A stretch of 64,000 nt of DNA from assembly GCA_020724555.1 (NCBI GenBank), contig DYGT01000007.1, positions 15,258 to 79,257 on the forward strand. Reading direction: 5' to 3'. How positions within the stretch are numbered: the stretch's first letter is position 1; every line of letters begins with the position of its first letter. The translations under genes and the position numbers were made by a program. Under the pieces are notes generated by a model. That model was not told the origin of the DNA. It made no database searches and worked only from the letters and a program-made list of their open reading frames with translations. Source of the stretch: Candidatus Microgenomatus sp. (GTDB taxonomy: Bacteria; Patescibacteriota; Microgenomatia; UBA8517). Positions 19,505-30,415 of the stretch are shown piece after piece.

Positions 19505-20089
19505 ATGGCTGATTTAGGTGATTTTATCACTTCAAAAGTAAGAATTAAGATTTTGGAACTTTTTTTCTCCAATGTCGGCGAAATGTACCATGTTCGCGGT
19601 ATTGTCCGTGAAGTAAAAGAAGAAATTAATGCCGTACGCCGTGAGTTAGCTCGACTTGAAGGTGCTGGCATTGTGAAAAAAGAATCTCGGGGGAACCGTG
19701 TCTATTATTGGCTGCGAACGGATTACATGCTTTATGGGGATTTACTTAGCATGGTCGCCAAAACAACCGGCTTGGGTCTTCAGATAATTAGCAATAAAAA
19801 GAAAATTGGAAGAGTGAGTTTTGTGATGTTTTCCGGTCAGTTTGTCAGGTACAAAGACCCCCAAAAAGAAGACGAAGTTGACATTTTGGTTGTTGGCGAT
19901 ATTGTTTTGCCTGAATTGGCAACCCTGATCCGCGTGGAAGAATCAAAACGCGGCAGGGAAATAAATTATACGGTTATGAGTAGGGAAGAGCTGGAATTTA
20001 GGAAAAAACGACGCGACCCCTTTTTGTTGGGAATATTATCCGGCAGCCGGGTAATGATTATTGGTGATGAGGAGGGTCTTGTAAGTTAA
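19505..20089 (+). CDS. Hypothetical winged-helix regulator
   Basis: N-terminal wHTH-like segment (ArsR-like); C-terminal domain unassigned. Confidence 0.35.
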   Translation: MADLGDFITSKVRIKILELFFSNVGEMYHVRGIVREVKEEINAVRRELARLEGAGIVKKESRGNRVYYWLRTDYMLYGDLLSMVAKTTGLGLQIISNKKKIGRVSFVMFSGQFVRYKDPQKEDEVDILVVGDIVLPELATLIRVEESKRGREINYTVMSREELEFRKKRRDPFLLGILSGSRVMIIGDEEGLVS

Positions 20090-20090
20090 T

Positions 20091-21437
20091 ATGTACAAAC
20101 CCTTGGGCAAGCGACTTTTTTTTATTTTTATTCTGTTTTTTTTGGCGCTTCTTGTTAGTTTACCTAAAAATATTCCAATTAAATTTTCTGCTTTTGGTTT
20201 GAATGTAGATAAAACATTAACAAGAAAAGATTTAGACCTTTCCTTTGGCAGATTTAGGATAAAACGAAATTTCGATCTTAAGCTGGGGCTGGATTTGGTT
20301 GGGGGAAGTTATTTGGTGTTTGAAACAGATTTAAGTAAGATCGAAGAAAGCCAAAAACAACAAGCACTAGAAAGCCTGCGCGATGTGATTGAGAGAAGAG
20401 TGAATTTGTTTGGTATATCCGAGCCCAATATCCAAATATCGTCTTTTGAAGGCCGTGAGCGCATAATCGTTGAATTGCCCGGAGTTGACAATACCCAGGA
20501 AGCAATATCGCTCGTTGGCCAGACTGCTCAATTAGTTTTTGCTGAAGTAATAGAAGCTGAAGACCCTGAAAACAGTCAGGTTGTGCCCACAGAGCTCACT
20601 GGAGGCGATCTAAAGGGTGCCGGGGTCTCTTTTGACCAAGTGACGGGTAAGCCGGTAGTAACGCTGCAATTTACGGATGAAGGTGCGGAGAAATTCGCCA
20701 ATTTAACCGAAAAAAATATTGGTAAACCCCTGCCAATAATCCTGGATAATCAAATGGTTTCGGCTCCGGTTGTTCAGGATAAAATTACCGGCGGAAACGC
20801 GCAAATAAATGGAAATTTTACTCTTGATCAAGCCAAGGCCCTCTCAATTCAGCTAAATGCCGGTGCCCTTCCTGTCCCCGTGGAGCTTGTTTCCGAGCGC
20901 AGTGTGGGTGCTTCACTGGGGGCCGAATCCGTACAAAAAAGCGTTAAAGCAGGATTAATTGGCATCGCCCTTGTATTTATTTTTATGATTGTTTTTTATG
21001 GTAAATTGGGCTTAGTTGCTAATATTGGTTTAATAATTTTTGGGACACTGACGCTTGCACTTTATAAATTGATTCCGGTAGTTTTAACGCTTCCCGGGAT
21101 AGCCGGATTTTTACTATCCGTAGGTATGGCAGTTGACAGTAATATTTTGATTTTTGAGCGATTTCGTGAAGAACGTGCGAAAGGAATTAATTTGGTTTAT
21201 GCTTTGGAAACGTCGTTTAATCGCGCTTGGGATTCAATAAAAGATGCAAATATTGCTACCTTGGTCACTGCCTTTATTTTGGCAAATCCCTTGAATTGGT
21301 CATTTTTGCACGCATCCGGTCCGGTGCGCGGATTTGCCATTACCTTGGCTCTCGGGATTGCTGTGAGCTTGTTTACCGGAGTATTTGTTTCCCGTAATTT
21401 ACTGCGACTTTTAATAAAAGAAAGGAAAAGTAAATGA
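20091..21437 (+). CDS. secD: Protein translocase subunit SecD
   Basis: SecD periplasmic and TM domain conservation. Confidence 0.9.
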   Translation: MYKPLGKRLFFIFILFFLALLVSLPKNIPIKFSAFGLNVDKTLTRKDLDLSFGRFRIKRNFDLKLGLDLVGGSYLVFETDLSKIEESQKQQALESLRDVIERRVNLFGISEPNIQISSFEGRERIIVELPGVDNTQEAISLVGQTAQLVFAEVIEAEDPENSQVVPTELTGGDLKGAGVSFDQVTGKPVVTLQFTDEGAEKFANLTEKNIGKPLPIILDNQMVSAPVVQDKITGGNAQINGNFTLDQAKALSIQLNAGALPVPVELVSERSVGASLGAESVQKSVKAGLIGIALVFIFMIVFYGKLGLVANIGLIIFGTLTLALYKLIPVVLTLPGIAGFLLSVGMAVDSNILIFERFREERAKGINLVYALETSFNRAWDSIKDANIATLVTAFILANPLNWSFLHASGPVRGFAITLALGIAVSLFTGVFVSRNLLRLLIKERKSK

Positions 21438-22312
21438 AAATAAATTGGATGAAATATCGCCTATTGTACGCCTTTGTCTCTTTTGCTCTGATCGCCTTAT
21501 CTGTATTTAGCCTCTTAAATTGGGGATTGACACTGGGGATCGATTTTCGTGGCGGTATCGTCATTGAATATCAGATTTCTGGGGAATTTTCATCTGAAAA
21601 TGCCACTAATCTTTTATCGGATAATGAGATCGAAGTAGGAAGCATACAGCAAATCGGAGAGAATAATTATTTATTTCGTTTGGGAGATATAAACCAGGAA
21701 CAAAGAGATAGAATTTTAGAATTGTTAAACCAGAGCGGCCAGACAGCGGAAGAAGTGCGTTTCGAGCGCGTTGGCCCCTCAATTGGTCCGGAATTAATCA
21801 AAAAGACTATTTACGCACTTTTAATCTCTGCGGGCGCCATTTTGGGGTGGGTAGCTTTGCAATTTAAAAGCATCAAATTTGGTGTTTCTGCTATTTTAGC
21901 AATGATTCATGACAATTTCATTTTAATTGGAATTTTTTCCCTGCTGGGACATTTTTATAGCGCAGAGATCGACTTTTTGTTTGTAACTGCTCTACTTACT
22001 ACTTTATCTTTTTCAGTGCATGACACAATCGTAGTCTACGACCGCATTAGAGAAATAAGAAAAAAACATGGAGGTACTATAGAGGAGGTTGCCAATAGGG
22101 CTCTTAGCGAAACCATGCGCCGTTCAATAAATAATTCAGCAACGATTGCGCTGATGCTTATTTCCCTTATGGTTTTTGGTGGAAGCACCATATTTTGGTT
22201 TGCCGCAGCGCTTTTGACCGGAACAATACTGGGCACTTACTCTTCACCTTTTGTGGCAGTACCGGTTTTGGTGTTGTGGGAAAAAATACAAAAAAAGCGG
22301 TTTAGGAAATAG
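21434..22312 (+). CDS. secF: Protein translocase subunit SecF
   Basis: SecF conservation; overlaps the secD stop. Confidence 0.9.
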   Translation: MKINWMKYRLLYAFVSFALIALSVFSLLNWGLTLGIDFRGGIVIEYQISGEFSSENATNLLSDNEIEVGSIQQIGENNYLFRLGDINQEQRDRILELLNQSGQTAEEVRFERVGPSIGPELIKKTIYALLISAGAILGWVALQFKSIKFGVSAILAMIHDNFILIGIFSLLGHFYSAEIDFLFVTALLTTLSFSVHDTIVVYDRIREIRKKHGGTIEEVANRALSETMRRSINNSATIALMLISLMVFGGSTIFWFAAALLTGTILGTYSSPFVAVPVLVLWEKIQKKRFRK

Positions 22313-23744
22313 GTTTAGTTTTATTTAGTGATTTTAGTTCCAAAAGTAATGCTTCTTTTTCATTGGGGATTTGCCGGTTTTCTACTTTAGAAAAAAGTTC
22401 GTTTAGTATTTCCCCAATTTTCGGTCCGGGCTTAAGACCAAGTTCCTGCATAACATCGTACCCTGTGATTTTTAAGTCGCGCACAGTAAACGGCTGTTTT
22501 TGTACTTCGATAAGCCTTTTTTTAAATTCCTCGGTCCTCCAGCTGGTTTCGCGTGCACCGCTTCCGATTCTGTCTGCACGCCGCAGCTCCAGCATGTCTT
22601 CTATATTTTCCGGGCCAATCTTTTTAATAAGACGCCTCAGGGCTGAATCTGTCTGCTTCTCATCTACACTAAACTGGTGCCACCGTACAAGTCTTGTGAG
22701 TTTATCCTTTTGGTTTTTGCTAAGCTTTAGTCTGTCTGCAATTTGATTGGCGATCTGTGCACCTATAACTTCATGATTATAAAAAGTGATGACATTATTT
22801 TTTTGTTTTTTAAAAGTTTGAGGTTTGCCGATATCATGGATCAGGGTAGCTAAGCGTACTATCGGATCGGTTGTTTTAACTTCTTTAAGGGAATTTATTA
22901 AATGTGTGCCTACGTCATAAATGTGATGTCTTTGCGGAGATTTTTGTTCCACCCCAAAAGTTTTTTTCAATTCAGGTAGAATTTTTTCCAAAAGACCTGT
23001 TTCATCCAAAAGGAGCATCCCTTCTTCCGGGTGTGGGGAGCAAAGGATCTTAAATAGTTCATCTCGGATGCGCTCTCCGCTGATTTTATTTATTAAACCA
23101 GCATTTGATTTAATAGCGTCAAGCGTAGACTCTTCAATTGTAAAATTAAGTTCAGTGGCGATGCGCACGGCTCGCATCATGCGTAGCGCATCTTCCCCAA
23201 AGCGCTCGGCAGCATCTCCTACCGCACGAATAAATTTTTTTTCCAAGTCTAGTTTGCCATTGTATGGGTCATGAAGATAAAGCATAAGTTTGGTTTTTTC
23301 CTCGATTATTGCCGGTATTTCACTAGCTTTAAGTTCCCTGTTTTTGTTTAAGCCCAAAGCCATCGCATTGATAGTAAAATCGCGTCTTTTAAGATCCTCA
23401 AAAAGACTTGTTCCCCAGCTGACTTTATCCGGGCGACGGTTATCACTATAGCCATGCTCGGTCCTGTAGGTGGTTATTTCATGAGGTTTTAAAAAAGTAT
23501 CTTGGCTGGGAATACCTACAGTGCCAAACTGGTTATTATAATAAGCGTCTTTAAATAACGACATGATCAACTCGGGGGTAGCGTTGGTTGTGTAGTCCCA
23601 GTCAACTATGGTTTTATGCATCAGAAAATCACGGACAGCTCCACCAACGATATAAATTTCGAACCCTTCTTTTGAAAAAGTGCTCAAGATTTTATAGACT
23701 TCATTTGGTAGATTAAATATCATGGTCTTTTTAAACTTATCCAA
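22302..23744 (-). CDS. cca: CCA-adding tRNA nucleotidyltransferase with HD domain
   Basis: Pol-beta NTase head GGAVRD..DWD and C-terminal HD motif LIHDIGK. Confidence 0.8.
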   Translation of the reverse strand: MDKFKKTMIFNLPNEVYKILSTFSKEGFEIYIVGGAVRDFLMHKTIVDWDYTTNATPELIMSLFKDAYYNNQFGTVGIPSQDTFLKPHEITTYRTEHGYSDNRRPDKVSWGTSLFEDLKRRDFTINAMALGLNKNRELKASEIPAIIEEKTKLMLYLHDPYNGKLDLEKKFIRAVGDAAERFGEDALRMMRAVRIATELNFTIEESTLDAIKSNAGLINKISGERIRDELFKILCSPHPEEGMLLLDETGLLEKILPELKKTFGVEQKSPQRHHIYDVGTHLINSLKEVKTTDPIVRLATLIHDIGKPQTFKKQKNNVITFYNHEVIGAQIANQIADRLKLSKNQKDKLTRLVRWHQFSVDEKQTDSALRRLIKKIGPENIEDMLELRRADRIGSGARETSWRTEEFKKRLIEVQKQPFTVRDLKITGYDVMQELGLKPGPKIGEILNELFSKVENRQIPNEKEALLLELKSLNKTKPIS

Positions 23745-25416
23745 TTATAGCAGCATAAACGGCCGTGTCTGGAATACCCAACGCATTCTTAAAGAAAAAA
23801 ACGCCAAAGTAGAGAATATCATTGAGTTATTGCTCATGGCCCGGGGAATTGAAAATAAAAATGATATTAAGCTTTTTTTTGATCCTCCCGACCCGCATTC
23901 AATACCTCTTAAAGATATTGGTATAAAAGAAACAGAAATTAAAAAACTAACAGACAGACTGAAAAAAGCTAAAAAGGAAAATGAGCAAATTGTAATTTTC
24001 GGTGATTATGATACAGATGGCGTTTGTGCGACGACGATTGTCTGGGAGGTTTTGTATAAAATGGGTTTCAAAGTAATGCCCTATCTACCTAACCGGTTTG
24101 AAGAAGGATATGGTATAAAAGCTGATTCAATTAAAAAACTAAAAAAAATTTATCCTGATTTAGGCTTAATTATAACCGTTGACAACGGGATTGTTGCTTT
24201 TGAAGCTGCCAGCGAAGCACAAAAGTTGGGGATTGATCTTGTAATATCAGATCACCACGAGCCCGGGAGTGTAAAACCGCAATCTTTAGCGGTAATTCAT
24301 ACAACAAAAACAAGTGGCGCCGGAGTATCTTGGTTTTTAGCGCGGGAAACGGTTAAATTTTTTAAAAGTGATTTAGATTTAAAAGACTTATTGGGGCTGT
24401 GTGCCTTGGGAACGGTTGCGGACCAATTGCCGCTTTTGGGTATTAACCGTGCGCTTGTAAAACATGGAATAACGGCCCTTAGAACCACTGACAGGCCGGG
24501 GATTATTGAGCTTTGCAATGTCGCACAAGTCGTTCAAGAAAATATCGGTACTTATGAGATAAATTATGCTTTGGCTCCACGAATCAATGCCATGGGCAGG
24601 CTTGATCACGCCATGGATTCCCTGCGTCTGTTGTGTACCAAAAACCATACTCAGGCCAAAAATTATGCTAATAAAGTAGGGAAAACCAACAGTGAACGCC
24701 AAAAGATAGTAGAAGAAGTTGTTTTTCACGCAGATCAATCGGCAAGCCAAAAAAATTGGGAAAATATTATTGTTTTATCTCACGAAAGCTACCATGAAGG
24801 CGTCATTGGGCTGGCTGCAGCAAAATTGGTTGAAAAGTACCATTTGCCCGCGATCGTTATGACTGAAAATGAAGGCATCTGTAAGGCTTCGGCCAGGTCT
24901 ATTCCCGGTTTTAATATTATTAAGGCTATCCGCCAGCTTGAAGGTTATTTAATTACCGGCGGAGGGCACGAAATGGCTGCCGGCTTTAGCATTAATAAGG
25001 AAAATTTAGATAGTTTTATTAATGAAATCGATAAAATTGCCGCTTCTTTGTTAACAGATGAAATACGTACCCGTAAATTACAAATAGATCTGGAATTAGA
25101 TTTTAATGCTCTTAGCTGGGATTTGGCAGAAAAACTTATTGCCTTTGAGCCATGCGGTGTTGGTAATTTTAATCCGGTTTTTCGAACCAATAACGTTGAA
25201 ATTAAAGAAAATAAATTACTCGGAAAAGACGGGAAACATTTGCGTTTAATTTTAAAGGAAAGCGAGCGTGAATATGAGGCCGTTGCTTTTGGATTAGGCA
25301 ACCAGGCAAAAGCCTTAAATGTCGGCAGAAAGATAGACATCGCTTACAATTTGGACATTAATCGTTGGAACGGCAGGGAAAGCCTCCAGTTAAAAATCAA
25401 AGATATAATGATATGA
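23722..25416 (+). CDS. recJ: Single-stranded-DNA-specific exonuclease RecJ
   Basis: DHH motifs (GDYDTDGV, DHH) and DHHA1 domain. Confidence 0.85.
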   Translation: MVFLNLSNYSSINGRVWNTQRILKEKNAKVENIIELLLMARGIENKNDIKLFFDPPDPHSIPLKDIGIKETEIKKLTDRLKKAKKENEQIVIFGDYDTDGVCATTIVWEVLYKMGFKVMPYLPNRFEEGYGIKADSIKKLKKIYPDLGLIITVDNGIVAFEAASEAQKLGIDLVISDHHEPGSVKPQSLAVIHTTKTSGAGVSWFLARETVKFFKSDLDLKDLLGLCALGTVADQLPLLGINRALVKHGITALRTTDRPGIIELCNVAQVVQENIGTYEINYALAPRINAMGRLDHAMDSLRLLCTKNHTQAKNYANKVGKTNSERQKIVEEVVFHADQSASQKNWENIIVLSHESYHEGVIGLAAAKLVEKYHLPAIVMTENEGICKASARSIPGFNIIKAIRQLEGYLITGGGHEMAAGFSINKENLDSFINEIDKIAASLLTDEIRTRKLQIDLELDFNALSWDLAEKLIAFEPCGVGNFNPVFRTNNVEIKENKLLGKDGKHLRLILKESEREYEAVAFGLGNQAKALNVGRKIDIAYNLDINRWNGRESLQLKIKDIMI

Positions 25417-25431
25417 GCTATAATTGTTGGC

Positions 25432-26919
25432 ATGCAAAAAGAGGATATAATTACAAAATTTATAGTTTTATCTGAAGAAAACAAAATTCCTTTGGATAAA
25501 AATTATTTAAAAAAGGTGTTTGATTTTGCCCAGGATGCTCACGTCGGGCAGAAGCGTTTAAGCGGTGAAGATTATGTGTGGCATGGGTATGAGGTTGGAA
25601 AGATATTAGTTTCTTGGCATTTAGATCCTGAATCTATTGTTGCAGGCATTTTACACGATAGTGTAGATGATGGAGCCGCTTCGTACGAAGATCTTAAACA
25701 GTCATTTGGTGAGGGTGTGGCAAATTTGGTGCGTGGAGTAACTGTCCTTGGCAATATCCGTTTAAGGGGTAGCCATGACGCCGAATTTGTGGAAAATTTA
25801 CGTAAAATGTTTTTGGCAATTTCGCAGGATTTGCGGATAGTACTTATCAAGCTGGCAGACAGACTGCATAACATGCGAACTCTTAATTCACTTCCGCCCG
25901 ATAAACAAAAAAAGATTGCCGAAGAAACACTGGAAATTTTCGCGCCGTTAGCTGAGCGGCTTGGTATGGGGGAGGTAAAAAGCGAGCTTGAAGATCTTTC
26001 TTTTCCGATTGTTTATCCGGAAAAATACAAAGAAGTGGTTAGTCTTTCCCGATCCCAATATAAAGAAGCTGCCGAGCATATTACAAAAATGCGCCACACC
26101 ATATTGCGCTCACTCGCTAAAGAAGGTATAAAAGGCGCTAAATTACATGCAAGAAAAAAACATTTATATTCTTTATGGCGCAAACTGGAAAGAAAAGACA
26201 TAAAAGGAGATTTTTCCCAGATACACGATATTGTAGCCATGAGGATATTGGTTAATAGTATAAAAGATTGCTATGTCGCCTTGGGAGTTGTACACACACA
26301 TTATAAACCAGTGCCGCATTTGGGTGTTTCAGATTTTATAGCCCAGCCCAAGCCAAATGGCTATCGGTCAATTCACACCAAAGTTTTTGGGCCAAAAAAC
26401 CGGATCGTTGAAGTACAAATAAGAACGTTTGCTATGCATGAAGAAGCCGAATACGGAGTAGCCGCCCATTGGGCATATAGCGAAGCTAAAACAACGGGAA
26501 AAATATCTGACACCAAAGGTGTGAGCGTAGATATTGACAGATTAAATTGGGTAAAGCAGTTAGCGTCTTGGCAAGAAGAAATTGTCGACTCAAAAGATTT
26601 TTTGGAAGCGGTTAAATTTGATGCATTAAGTGATCATAATTTTATTTTTTCTCCCAAAGGGGATGTCTACGATTTACCGGTTGGGGCTACACCTGTTGAT
26701 TTTGCCTTTGGGGTTCATACAAAGCTGGGTAATTACATTCAAGGAGCAAAAGTTGACGGTAAAGTTGTTCCCTTGTCAACAGAGCTCAAAAGCGGTCAGG
26801 TGGTCGAAATTATAAAAAGCAAAAATCCAAAAAAACCAAACCGGGATTGGTTAAGATTTGTAAAAACGCCAACCGCAAGACGCGCGATCCAAAAAGCCAT
26901 ACGGGAAGAAACCGGATAA
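25432..26919 (+). CDS. rel: (p)ppGpp synthetase/hydrolase Rel/SpoT, short form (HD + synthetase + TGS)
   Basis: HD motif HDSVDD, synthetase motif RSIHTKV..Q.RT, TGS segment; 495 aa, so apparently lacks the C-terminal ACT/RRM region. Confidence 0.8.
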   Translation: MQKEDIITKFIVLSEENKIPLDKNYLKKVFDFAQDAHVGQKRLSGEDYVWHGYEVGKILVSWHLDPESIVAGILHDSVDDGAASYEDLKQSFGEGVANLVRGVTVLGNIRLRGSHDAEFVENLRKMFLAISQDLRIVLIKLADRLHNMRTLNSLPPDKQKKIAEETLEIFAPLAERLGMGEVKSELEDLSFPIVYPEKYKEVVSLSRSQYKEAAEHITKMRHTILRSLAKEGIKGAKLHARKKHLYSLWRKLERKDIKGDFSQIHDIVAMRILVNSIKDCYVALGVVHTHYKPVPHLGVSDFIAQPKPNGYRSIHTKVFGPKNRIVEVQIRTFAMHEEAEYGVAAHWAYSEAKTTGKISDTKGVSVDIDRLNWVKQLASWQEEIVDSKDFLEAVKFDALSDHNFIFSPKGDVYDLPVGATPVDFAFGVHTKLGNYIQGAKVDGKVVPLSTELKSGQVVEIIKSKNPKKPNRDWLRFVKTPTARRAIQKAIREETG

Positions 26920-26963
26920 GCCAGATTAAGCGATGTCAAGGATTTGAAAAAATGCTATAGTAT

Positions 26964-28373
26964 GTGCTAATGGAAAGAATTTTAACGTCTGAAACTCCTA
27001 AAAAAATTGGCGAGAAAGTGAAGCTTATGGGTTGGGTGCATAACCTTCGAGACCATGGAAAAATCACTTTTTTGGATTTGCGTGACAAAACAGGCATAAT
27101 CCAGTGCGTTGGTCAAAACATCCCAAAATTAACGCTTGAATCAGTAGTGGAGGTGGTAGGACAAGTTGTAGAAAGGCCTGAAAAAATGATAAATCAAAAT
27201 TTGGAAACAGGCAGGATAGAGCTACAAATAGAAAAAATAAATGTAATATCTGTTGCCGGTGAAATGCCTTTGCCCTTAGAAGGTGACGGATATGACATTG
27301 ATGAAAAAACAAGGATGAAATACCGCTATTTGGACCTTCGTCGAGCCAGGATGACCCACAATATCCGTTTGCGTAGTGAAACCACGCTTTGGATTAGAAA
27401 TTATTTAAGTAAAAACGGATTTGTCGAAATCGAAACGCCAATTTTGACCAAAACCACGCCCGAAGGCGCACGAGATTTTTTGGTGCCATCCAGACTTAGA
27501 CCTGGGAATTTTTACGCACTACCCCAAAGTCCACAACAATACAAGCAACTTTTAATGGTTTCCGGCTTTGAGCGTTATTTTCAGATAGCCCGCTGCTTCC
27601 GTGATGAGGACCCGAGGGCCGATCGGGCATACGGAGAATTTACCCAGCTTGATATTGAAATGTCGTTTGTAACACAAAAAGACATTTTAACTCTATCGGA
27701 AGAATTATTTACTCAATTAGTGGGTAGTATTTTTCCTCATAAAAAAATTACTCAATCACCCTGGCCTAGGCTGAGCCATCAAGATGCTAGAAAAAATTAC
27801 GGGACCGATAAACCGGATTTAAGAAAAGACAAAAATAATCCCGATGAACTGGCGTTTTGCTGGATACTTGATTTTCCGTTGTTTACACAACAGTCAGACC
27901 AGGATTTTTTTCATGGATCGGGTAAGGCAAAATTTGCGCCGTCCCATCATATGTTTACAGCTCCTCACCCCGACGATATCGGCCTTTTGGATAGCGATCC
28001 GGCAAAAGTTCGCGGCCTTCAGCACGATTTGGTTTTAAACGGATTTGAAGTAGGCGGAGGCAGCATCCGCATTCATGATCCAAAAATTCAGGAAAAAATA
28101 TTTGATTTAATTGGATTTAGTACTAAGCAAAAAAAAGAATTTGAACATGTCTTGGCTGCTTTTGGCTATGGCGTTCCTCCACATGGTGGCATAGCTTCTG
28201 GTTTGGATCGTTTTTTAATGGTGGTACTCGGGGAACCAAGCGTGCGGGAAGTTATTGCATTTCCGGCTACAGCGGGAGGGCAAACTGCGGTAATGGATGC
28301 TCCGGGTAAGGCAACGCCCGCTCAGCTTCGTGAGCTGGGAATAAAAGTATCAACAGTCCCTAAAGAAAAATGA
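26964..28373 (+). CDS. aspS: Aspartyl-tRNA synthetase, compact form without GAD insertion
   Basis: OB anticodon-binding domain and class II motifs (FRDED, GGGSIR). Confidence 0.9.
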   Translation: MLMERILTSETPKKIGEKVKLMGWVHNLRDHGKITFLDLRDKTGIIQCVGQNIPKLTLESVVEVVGQVVERPEKMINQNLETGRIELQIEKINVISVAGEMPLPLEGDGYDIDEKTRMKYRYLDLRRARMTHNIRLRSETTLWIRNYLSKNGFVEIETPILTKTTPEGARDFLVPSRLRPGNFYALPQSPQQYKQLLMVSGFERYFQIARCFRDEDPRADRAYGEFTQLDIEMSFVTQKDILTLSEELFTQLVGSIFPHKKITQSPWPRLSHQDARKNYGTDKPDLRKDKNNPDELAFCWILDFPLFTQQSDQDFFHGSGKAKFAPSHHMFTAPHPDDIGLLDSDPAKVRGLQHDLVLNGFEVGGGSIRIHDPKIQEKIFDLIGFSTKQKKEFEHVLAAFGYGVPPHGGIASGLDRFLMVVLGEPSVREVIAFPATAGGQTAVMDAPGKATPAQLRELGIKVSTVPKEK

Positions 28374-29290
28374 GTATTTTGCAGTCTTTACAAAAGGATT
28401 TATTATTTTTATCGATGCTTTGTTTTTTTATTGTGGTTACGACCACATTTTCGCTTGTGGAAAGTTTAAAGCCTATTGATCCCTATGATTTTTATTTTTA
28501 CGCTGGAGATGTTAGCGCAATGCCGGTTTTACAAGAAGGGAAAAATGTGCCAATCTTAACGGCGCAAGGTGTGATTGCCGTTGATTTGGATTCCGCAGTG
28601 ATCCTTTATGAAAAAAATCCGGATCTAAAACTCCTTCCTGCATCTACCACAAAGATGATGACGGCGCTTGTGGCTATGGAGTTATATAACTTAAACGATG
28701 TAGTTACGGTTACTAATGGAAAAGTGGCAGGGCAGAATATGAAATTGTATCCGGGAGAAAAGATATCGGTCTATAATTTATTACAAGGCCTTTTAATTTT
28801 TTCAGCAAACGACGCCGCCGAGGCCTTAGCCAACCACCACCCCTTGGGAAGAGCAGGTTTCGTGGAGGCCATGAATCAAAAGGCCAGAAGTTTGTCACTG
28901 ACTAATACTCATTTTGTTAACCCTTCTGGTTTGGAAGACACTGGTCACGTTTCTACAGCCCGGGATTTGCTGCGGCTCTCTGAAGTCTGTATGCGCAACC
29001 CTGTTTTTGCCGAAATAGTTGGTACTAAACAAACCGTGGTTTTCAATCAAGAAAATACCTACAAGCACTATCTGACAAATGTTAATGAGCTTTTGGGGAC
29101 AGTAGAGGGAGTTCGTGGAATAAAGACAGGCTGGACCGAAAATGCCCGCGAAAATTTGGTTACTTATGTTAACCGAGACGGTAAAAATATTATTATTGCT
29201 CTTTTGGGTAGCCAGGATAGATTTGAGGAAACTGAGAAACTCATAGATTGGATATTTGACAGCTATACTTGGGAAAAAATTGATTATTGA
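28370..29290 (+). CDS. D-alanyl-D-alanine carboxypeptidase (S11, PBP5-like)
   Basis: SxxK motif STTK, SxN and KTG motifs (IKTGWT). Confidence 0.8.
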   Translation: MSILQSLQKDLLFLSMLCFFIVVTTTFSLVESLKPIDPYDFYFYAGDVSAMPVLQEGKNVPILTAQGVIAVDLDSAVILYEKNPDLKLLPASTTKMMTALVAMELYNLNDVVTVTNGKVAGQNMKLYPGEKISVYNLLQGLLIFSANDAAEALANHHPLGRAGFVEAMNQKARSLSLTNTHFVNPSGLEDTGHVSTARDLLRLSEVCMRNPVFAEIVGTKQTVVFNQENTYKHYLTNVNELLGTVEGVRGIKTGWTENARENLVTYVNRDGKNIIIALLGSQDRFEETEKLIDWIFDSYTWEKIDY

Positions 29291-30372
29291 GTCGGTTGTG
29301 GCTCTTTTGTCGGGGGAGCAGGAACTTCATAATACTGGTCGGTAACAGCAGGGACGTATGCCAGAAAATTATCATCGCCTTTAAAAACAATAACTGGTTG
29401 GAAAAATTCTGAATTTATATCCGGATCGTAATATGCAAGGTAGATGTCTCGCACAATTACTGCCCCATCTTGATTAAGGCCTAGGCTGGCGATATAAGCG
29501 CGACCGGCCTTAAGGTCTTCCAAAGCTTGGGCAGCGGTTTTAATAGGATATGTATGGACTTTTTCCTCGTCTATGGGATAGTAATGAAACTCACCTGCGA
29601 TTATTTGCCCTGTACCGCTTATAATGAACCAAACATTGGCTTCGTTCGGATCTTTTGTGACAACGGGTATGGGATTGTCTTCACTGCCAAAATTTTTTCG
29701 GTATAGATTGACTTTGATTAGATCTGCCTCTGATAATGAGATTGCCTGAACCAGTTTTTGACTTTCGACTTTTAGAAATTCGTGAGGTGTGGGTCCAGTC
29801 AGGTCAGCTGGTAGCGAGTTGGCGTTTCTCAGTAAAGTATTTACCTGGTTTACAGCTGCTTCAGGATGAGGTGGGTTTTTTTGGATGGGACTTGGATCTG
29901 AAGCCAAGTCGTAGGCGATGGAAAAAGTTTCCCAGACAATATTCATTGTCAAGGACGAAGGATCCGTTGGGTGGTCAAACCGATATACTGTTTGGGAAAT
30001 TTCAATGGGGTCGCTTTTAAAGCCAAGGTTTCTTGCCCGTGATTTTGCAACATCTACTGAATTTAAAGTAGGCAAGGCTTTAGGCATAAAGTAAACAGGC
30101 AGAGACTCCGGAAATTCGGGAAGCGTGCCTGTCGGAGTTTCTACGGAAACCGAAAGTTGTGGCAGCGCTTGTGAATACTGCGGAAACTGAATAGCCGGTA
30201 ACACGTCAAAACCAACGGTCGGTGGTGGAGGGGGTGCAGGAAAAAAAGTGTTTTTTATTGAGCGTCCGCTGCTTATGGCAAAGCGAGCTACTAAAATAAA
30301 TATGATAAAATAGATACCCCATCGGATAGACTTTCTCGTTTTTATTGCGACGTCTGTGAGGGTGACAGCCAT
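29284..30372 (-). CDS. Hypothetical membrane-anchored exported protein
   Basis: N-terminal TM followed by a Pro-rich linker; no assigned domain. Confidence 0.3.
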   Translation of the reverse strand: MAVTLTDVAIKTRKSIRWGIYFIIFILVARFAISSGRSIKNTFFPAPPPPPTVGFDVLPAIQFPQYSQALPQLSVSVETPTGTLPEFPESLPVYFMPKALPTLNSVDVAKSRARNLGFKSDPIEISQTVYRFDHPTDPSSLTMNIVWETFSIAYDLASDPSPIQKNPPHPEAAVNQVNTLLRNANSLPADLTGPTPHEFLKVESQKLVQAISLSEADLIKVNLYRKNFGSEDNPIPVVTKDPNEANVWFIISGTGQIIAGEFHYYPIDEEKVHTYPIKTAAQALEDLKAGRAYIASLGLNQDGAVIVRDIYLAYYDPDINSEFFQPVIVFKGDDNFLAYVPAVTDQYYEVPAPPTKEPQPTQ

Positions 30373-30415
30373 AGTATGCTTTGAGTATATATTTTTAGGG
30401 TGTTAAAATTCAAAT

